A stretch of 18,486 bases of DNA from the IMG/VR virus record IMGVR_UViG_2681813135_000006; one strand, written 5' to 3'. The translations under genes and the position numbers were made by a program. Below, piece after piece: positions 12,743 to 18,486 of this stretch. The notes under the pieces are model-generated. The model did not search any database. It was not told the origin of the DNA and saw nothing but the letters and a program-made list of their open reading frames with translations. The first letter of the stretch is position 1; each line of letters starts with the position of its first letter. The stretch comes from a virus. Taxonomy: Duplodnaviria > Heunggongvirae > Uroviricota > Caudoviricetes.

Positions 12743-15652
12743 ATGGAATTTTTCCATCTGATAAAAGCCAGTCAGAAGTCTGGCAAGAAAGATGCAGTGA
12801 TTTGGTTCACTGCGAAAAGTGTAGCGCGCGCCAATCTCCAACTCGATGTGGCACTGGAAGAAGCCGGAATTGAAGAAACTGGCCGCGGTAAAGATTATGC
12901 CAAACCAATCCGCACCGATTTCCCGGTATATGACGACCTGCCGGAAGAAGGCGCAGTGGATTACACCTGGTGCAAACGCTACGAACTGCAGAACGATGAC
13001 CGCACCTGGATGCCAAAAGTCACAGCTGAAAACTCTGACGAGAAAACGGCTCAGACCGTTGATAGTCACATAACTACTGAGTCAACGCTGCCAGAAACCG
13101 CTGGCATCACGCTGGACGAACACGACGACGACTCAACCCTCTACCCGGTAGTGCAGATGCCGTTTCGTAAGCAACTGCTTTCCCAGTTCACCGCCGACGA
13201 ACTGCGCCACCACGTAACCCGCGAAGAGTACGAAGCTATCGGCGCGCTGGAGATGGACACTGATAACAGTTACGTCCAGAACTTGCTGTTAGCTGCTGAG
13301 AACTGCCCGGACGTGAAGGGTTACGACACCAAAGACCTGTGGCGCTACACCGATGCCATTCGCAAAGTGTTCAGCCAGGACAAGCGTCACGAACTCGCGC
13401 TGGTACTCCGTTTCACCAGAATGTGGGCGGCGACTGATTACATTGACCGTGGCATCCTGGCGCGTGAATGGGCTGCCGGTAATCACATCAGTAGTGTTCA
13501 GCGTACTGATTCCGGAACCAATGCCAACGGCGGTTACGTCACTGACCGTGGACCTGATGCATACCATACCCTTGACACTCTCGATTTAGAGATTGCATGT
13601 GCCCTTCTGCCTATGGACTTCAACCACTTCGAGATCCCGGGCAGCATTCTTCGTCGCGCTAAAGAAATCGTGACCAAAAAAGAAGAACCGTGGAAATCAT
13701 GGAGCAGCATTCTGCGCAATCAACCCGGCGTTCTTGGCGTTAACCGCACAGCTATTTTTAACCTGATACGTATCGCGCCGGAAAATATTCATCTAACTCC
13801 TGTCGCTCACCTGGAGTTTGTTAACCGGACCATGACTGCTGCGTTTAATGCTGCTGTTGAGTTATTGCCATTGCATGAAGCTGAGCCCGCAACACAGGAA
13901 ATTCCCCAACCTGAAAGTAAGGAGTCTCCACGCAAACCCTTCTGCACTCACGAAGAGAACCTGCAACGCGTACGTGAAGAAGAAGCACGCCGCCGCGCAG
14001 AGGAAGCGACAGCACAACCACATAAAGCCGAACAAGAACTGGTTAAAAATGTCGGCAACGGAATATTCGATGTTACGGCTTTACTGCAGAACTCAGCAAC
14101 TCATGGCACGAAACAGGCTACGGAAACCACCAGCAATGTGCAGGTTCAAGAAACTGTCAGTGATGAAAAAAATGTTGGTAATGAAATGCAGTCAGGCGAA
14201 AGCAGTCTGGAAACTGGTGAAGAGTCACATCCCGGCCAGCAGGCCGATGTAAACCAAAATACGGAATCTGTCGCTCAAAATAGCGATTCTGTAAACCAGA
14301 CTGAACCAGTTTTGGCACACGTCGAGCCAGAGGCGCAATCTGACGAACAAGCTGTTTTTTACCCCGATTACTTCGAGCCTGGGCGCTATGAAGGTCTGCC
14401 GAACGAGGTTTACCACGCTGCCAACGGCATCAGTTCCACCCAGGTAAAAGATGCGCGCGTTTCGCTGATGTACTTCAATGCGCGCCACGTTGAGAAAACC
14501 ATCGTCAAAGAGCGCTCCTCAGTGCTGGACATGGGAAACCTGGTACATGCGCTGGCGTTGCAGCCAGAACAGCTCGATGAAGAATTTAGCGTTGAACCCG
14601 TAATTCCGGAAGGTGCATTTACCACCACGGCAACGATCCGCGCGTTTATTGATGAGTACAACGCCAGCCTGCCAGCGCAACTGAGCGCAGACGATATCAA
14701 AGCTTTGCTGGATGAATACAACGCCACCCTGCCAGCGCTGGTGCCGCTGGGCGCTAGCCTGGATGAAACGGCGCAGAACTATATGGCGCTGCCAGCTGAA
14801 TTCCAACGTATCGATGCAGATCAGAAGAAGACAGCAACAGCAATGAAGGCGTGCATCAAAGAGTACAACGCCACCCTGCCAGCGCAGATTAAAACCAGCG
14901 GCAGCCGCGACGCACTACTCGAACAACTTGCGATTATCAATCCTGACCTGGTCGCGCAGGAAGCTCAGAAGCTGCAACCGCTGAAAGTCTCTGGCACGAA
15001 GGCCGATCTGATTCAGGCCGTGAAGGCAGTCAAACCAGATGCAGTGTTCGCCGACGAGCTGCTCGATGCGTGGCGCAACAACCCGGAAGGGAAAGTGCTG
15101 GTTACCCACCAGCAACTTGCCACCGCGCAGGCAATTCAGTCAGCACTGCTCTCGCACCCGACCGCAGGCATGCTGCTAACCCACCCGAGCCGCGCCGTTG
15201 AGGTGAGCTACTTTGGCTTTGACGAGGAGACGGGACTGGAAGTTCGTGTGCGCCCTGACCTTGAGATCGACCTAGACGGCGTGCGTATCGGTGCTGACCT
15301 GAAAACCATCAGCATGTGGAATGTTAAGCAGGAAAGCCTGCGCGCCAGGCTACACCGGGAAATTATTGAACGTGATTATCACCTGAGCGCGGCTATGTAC
15401 TGCGAAACCGCAGCGCTGGATCAGTTCTTCTGGATTTTCGTCAACAAAGACGAGAACTACCACTGGATCGCCATCATCGAGGCATCCGCTGAACTACTGG
15501 AGCTGGGTATGCTCGAGTACCGCAAAGCGATGCGCAATATCGCAACCGGATTCGACACAGGTGAATGGCCAGCGCCAATCACTGCTGACTACACCGACGA
15601 ACTGAACGACTTCGACCTGCGCCGCCTTGAAGCGCTGCGTACTCAGGCATAA
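12743..15652 (+). CDS. recE: RecE-like exonuclease (exodeoxyribonuclease VIII family), 969 aa; start re-called to ATG at 12743
   Basis: N-terminus MEFFHLIKASQKSGKKDAVIWF...FPVYDDLPEEGAVDYTWCKRYEL parallels recalled E. coli RecE. Long acidic/Gln-rich middle region. C-terminal region (YFGFDEETGLEVRVRPDLEIDLDGVRIGADLKTI...) is consistent with the RecE nuclease domain. SD AGAGGA 6 nt upstream of the ATG. Confidence 0.85.
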   Translation: MEFFHLIKASQKSGKKDAVIWFTAKSVARANLQLDVALEEAGIEETGRGKDYAKPIRTDFPVYDDLPEEGAVDYTWCKRYELQNDDRTWMPKVTAENSDEKTAQTVDSHITTESTLPETAGITLDEHDDDSTLYPVVQMPFRKQLLSQFTADELRHHVTREEYEAIGALEMDTDNSYVQNLLLAAENCPDVKGYDTKDLWRYTDAIRKVFSQDKRHELALVLRFTRMWAATDYIDRGILAREWAAGNHISSVQRTDSGTNANGGYVTDRGPDAYHTLDTLDLEIACALLPMDFNHFEIPGSILRRAKEIVTKKEEPWKSWSSILRNQPGVLGVNRTAIFNLIRIAPENIHLTPVAHLEFVNRTMTAAFNAAVELLPLHEAEPATQEIPQPESKESPRKPFCTHEENLQRVREEEARRRAEEATAQPHKAEQELVKNVGNGIFDVTALLQNSATHGTKQATETTSNVQVQETVSDEKNVGNEMQSGESSLETGEESHPGQQADVNQNTESVAQNSDSVNQTEPVLAHVEPEAQSDEQAVFYPDYFEPGRYEGLPNEVYHAANGISSTQVKDARVSLMYFNARHVEKTIVKERSSVLDMGNLVHALALQPEQLDEEFSVEPVIPEGAFTTTATIRAFIDEYNASLPAQLSADDIKALLDEYNATLPALVPLGASLDETAQNYMALPAEFQRIDADQKKTATAMKACIKEYNATLPAQIKTSGSRDALLEQLAIINPDLVAQEAQKLQPLKVSGTKADLIQAVKAVKPDAVFADELLDAWRNNPEGKVLVTHQQLATAQAIQSALLSHPTAGMLLTHPSRAVEVSYFGFDEETGLEVRVRPDLEIDLDGVRIGADLKTISMWNVKQESLRARLHREIIERDYHLSAAMYCETAALDQFFWIFVNKDENYHWIAIIEASAELLELGMLEYRKAMRNIATGFDTGEWPAPITADYTDELNDFDLRRLEALRTQA

Positions 15653-15657
15653 GGGGA

Positions 15658-16776
15658 ATGATGATGGAAAACACGAATATCGTAACCGCTGAACAGCAGA
15701 CTCCAAACACGATCTCAGCCAGCAATGCCATTTTCAACGTGCAGGCTTTAACCCAGCTTCAGTCTGTCGCCGGGTTGATGGCACAGGCAGCCGTAACGGT
15801 GCCTGAGCACCTCCGCGGCAATCCGGCAGACTGCATGGCCATCATCATGCAGGCGATGCAGTGGGGTATGAACCCTTACGCCGTGGCGCAAAAGACGCAC
15901 CTGGTTAACGGTGTCCTGGGATACGAAGCGCAACTGGTTAATGCGGTGATCTCCAGCTCAAACGCCATCGTTGGCCGCTTTCACTATGAGTACGAGGGCG
16001 ACTGGTCGAAATGTGCCAGCAGCCGCGAGATAACCGTTAAAAAGCCTGCGAAAGGTGGCGGGACGTACGACAAGAAAGAAATGGTACGCGGTTGGGAAAG
16101 TGCTGATGAACAAGGACTGTCGGTACGGGTAGGTGCCGTTATTCGCGGTGAAAGTGATATCACCTGGGGAGAGCCTGTTTTCCTCTCCAGCGTAATCACA
16201 CGTAATTCTCCACTTTGGGTATCAAACCCGAAACAGCAGATCGCTTATCTGGCACTCAAATACTGGGCGCGCCTGTATTGCCCTGCAGTTGTTCTTGGTG
16301 TGTACACCCCTGATGAGATTGAACAGCGCACAGAAAAAGAGATCAACCCAACGCCGCAACGCGTTAGCCTGGCTGATATCTCAGGTGACACCGTCACAAC
16401 CACGCAAAGCGCACAGGAATCGTCGGTAAATGTCGACTCTCTTGCCGATGATTTCCGCGAACGCATCGAATCTGCTCAGGACGTGGATAGCGCCAAATCG
16501 CTGCGTGCCGACATTGAAACGGCGAAAGCTACGCTGGGATCCGCACTATTCACCGAGCTGAAAAACAAAGCCGTAAAGCGTTATTACCTAGTGGATGCAC
16601 GCAACAAGGTTGAGGAGGCTATTAAATCCCTGCCCCAGCCCGACGAGCCGCATGCATCCGAACGGTTCGCTGAAGCCGAGCGCATGCTTGCATCTTCAAA
16701 GCGTCACTTAGGCGATGAACTGCACGATCAATTCAGCATCACCCTGGCGGATATGAAACCGGAATACGTGGCCTGA
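15658..16776 (+). CDS. ssDNA annealing protein of the Redbeta/RecT family, with a long C-terminal extension (372 aa if from the first ATG)
   Basis: Begins 6 nt after the recE-like stop. ADCMAIIMQAMQWGMNPYAVAQKTHLV and SPLWVSNPKQQIAYLALKYWARLYCPAVVLGVY parallel lambda Beta motifs (QYGLNPWTKEIYAF; PKRMLRHKAMIQCARLAFGFAGIY) by recall. Three consecutive ATGs at 15658-15666; the exact start is uncertain. Confidence 0.75.
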   Translation: MMMENTNIVTAEQQTPNTISASNAIFNVQALTQLQSVAGLMAQAAVTVPEHLRGNPADCMAIIMQAMQWGMNPYAVAQKTHLVNGVLGYEAQLVNAVISSSNAIVGRFHYEYEGDWSKCASSREITVKKPAKGGGTYDKKEMVRGWESADEQGLSVRVGAVIRGESDITWGEPVFLSSVITRNSPLWVSNPKQQIAYLALKYWARLYCPAVVLGVYTPDEIEQRTEKEINPTPQRVSLADISGDTVTTTQSAQESSVNVDSLADDFRERIESAQDVDSAKSLRADIETAKATLGSALFTELKNKAVKRYYLVDARNKVEEAIKSLPQPDEPHASERFAEAERMLASSKRHLGDELHDQFSITLADMKPEYVA

Positions 16777-16814
16777 CGAGACCGGGAGGGGTAACCCTCC
16801 CTCAAGGAGATTAT

Positions 16815-17057
16815 ATGCGACTGATCAATCGAGGAAGTAAGCAATCACCTTTAGCTCGCCAAGCATGCGACATCGCGCTGGCAGCTCACTTGCAAACATA
16901 TGGCGACTATGGGCGAAGCAAGATGAAAGAGACTTATACGGTGAAGGTTGAAGGCGTGAAAGTCTGGGTGGAGGTGGTGAACCGAAAGGCGAGCTACGTG
17001 GCCACAGCGATGACCGGCATGCGCCGTCTCCGCTCCCTGCCCGGGCAGGTTGGTTGA
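16815..17057 (+). CDS. Hypothetical 80-aa protein
   Basis: ATG at 16815 with strong SD AAGGAGA 4 nt upstream, preceded by a GGGAGGG-gtaa-CCCTCCC stem-loop (16784-16801). Confidence 0.5.
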   Translation: MRLINRGSKQSPLARQACDIALAAHLQTYGDYGRSKMKETYTVKVEGVKVWVEVVNRKASYVATAMTGMRRLRSLPGQVG

Positions 17058-17098
17058 AAAAGATTTTGAATGGCCCGAACGGGCAACTGGAGAGAGCT

Positions 17099-17296
17099 AT
17101 GGATGATATTTTGGTAACGTCAGACCTGACCAGTCGCTACAAAATTTCACGCAAAACCCTTTGGTCATGGCAAAGTGCAGACACAATGCCTCGGGGCTTC
17201 GTATGCCCGTTCCCACCCCCTGACTGGCCCGGCAACCCTAACCGCTGGCGCTCTGAGTCAATCAAAGAGTGGGAGGATAAAAAGAAGATAAATTAA
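17099..17296 (+). CDS. AlpA-family small DNA-binding protein (excisionase/regulator-like), about 65 aa
   Basis: From ATG 17099 (SD GGAGAG): [34 protein letters not shown]...[13 protein letters not shown] resembles AlpA-type HTH proteins by recall. The TTG at 17054 in the ORF track is probably not the start. Confidence 0.65.
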
Positions 17297-18486
17297 CTGA
17301 AGGGCTCTCCGATGATCTCTTCAAGATGGCTCTGCCAAACGCGGAGCCAGTGTTTCTGATCATCGATATAGTCATGAAGGTTGTAATGCGCCATAACCCC
17401 CACCATCTGATGCCCGAGCAGCTTTTCAATTACGTGCGGCGGGCAACCTAACTCAGAGAGATTTGTGGCTATCGTCCGCCTCATATCATGAAGCGACCAC
17501 TCTGCCATACCTGTTCCATTCCAAATAGAACGGGCGTAATTGGATGCCACAGGTGAATGAACGGGCGAATCTTTGATCCCGCCATCAATTTTACGTTGTG
17601 AAGTCACCAGGTGATTGGTGTTTATTTTCTTGAGGTGATTTCTGACCAGGTTAACGGCGGCGTCTGAGAGTCCCCTTCTAATATGTACCCGAGTTTTATA
17701 ACTGCCCGCAGGCACGACCCACTCATTATCATCCAATCGAAACCATGATCTCTCACTAAGTCGAATCTCAGCCGTACGGCATCCGGTAAGCATAATAAAT
17801 TTCACCAGGAAAACGGACTCTATCGACATATGGCTTTTCAACCACTGATAGATTTTGCGCAGATCGTCATCGTCCATCCTGCGAGTTCTCTTTTTAGGCT
17901 TTTGCCCGACATCAGATGGCAGTAATCCCTCGAGTGGGTTTGAGGCGATCACACTTCTGTTAACGCAGAACCTAAAGGCCCGTTTGCACAGCGAAAGCAT
18001 GTAATGAGCCATCACCCTGCTTTCTATAGAATCGAAGACGTTGATCCAGTGCATTTTCGCTGTGTTATCGACTTTGACATTCTTCATCGGTTCGGCGATA
18101 TGTTTCTCAAACACCTGGCGATAGTAATCGACTTTAACTAGCCCGTTAGCGATACAGTGCCTTTCAATCCAGTAATTGAACGCTTCGGCAACGGACATCG
18201 CTTCCTGTCGGGTCTGCTTATCCAGCTTCACCTGCTCTCGCGGATCCAGTCCCTCAGTTAACCAGTTTCTGAATTGTTGGCGACGCTCTCTTGCCTGGGT
18301 GATACTCATTGCAGGATAATCACCAACATTGAGTTTTACCGCTTTACCGGCCCAGCGATACCGATAGAAAAATGATATTTTTCCGGCCTGGCTGATTCTG
18401 GCGTTGAGCCCGTGCGAATCAGAAATAATCTCGATATCATCTCTTTTCTTGCCGAGCGCCTTCCTGAGCTTTGTGTCGGTGATCAT
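17293..18486 (-). CDS. int: Tyrosine site-specific integrase (P4/CP4-57-like), 397 aa; start codon at the window edge
   Basis: ATG at 18486-18484. Integrase-like N-terminal region and a C-terminal catalytic region containing HDMRRT...LLGHQ...AHYNLHDY (R/H/Y catalytic residues of tyrosine recombinases). Confidence 0.9.

Noticed and set aside
12629-15115. Several minus-strand and alternative-frame ORFs inside the recE-like gene (for example 12629..13069, 14410..14727, 14519..14806, 14915..15115)
   Set aside because: All are embedded antisense or out of frame within a 969-aa gene with clear homology; expected by chance in a long GC-rich ORF.

Overview
This window is the early/regulatory half of a lambdoid prophage (a mosaic of Rac-, DLP12- and Qin-like modules) in an enterobacterial host. 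All calls are from reading the sequence and the ORF track by eye; no searches or composition statistics were run, and family names rest on recalled similarity. Many ORF-track starts are GTG/TTG extensions, so several starts were re-called. Minus strand, right to left: Cro/YdaS-like and YdaT-like regulators, an O-like replication initiator with internal ori iterons, small Zn-ribbon/HTH proteins, a DUF550-like protein, an AT-rich accessory island, a LexA box with a dinI-like gene, a nin region (YbcO-like, rusA, ylcG-like), a Q-like antiterminator, a late regulatory region, and a pinholin/SAR-endolysin/Rz-Rz1 lysis cassette that runs into a 10-N gap at the window start. Plus strand: a leaderless HTH repressor, two AT-rich genes of unknown function, a strong terminator, a promoter, then Kil-like, YdaE-like, RecE-like exonuclease, Redbeta/RecT-like annealase, a small ORF and an AlpA-like gene. 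A P4-type tyrosine integrase lies on the minus strand at the right edge. No rRNA, tRNA or CRISPR array was seen. The best candidates for an undescribed system are the two-gene module just downstream of the repressor (10960-11769, including a tail-anchored coiled-coil membrane protein) and the AT-rich island at about 4900-6940.
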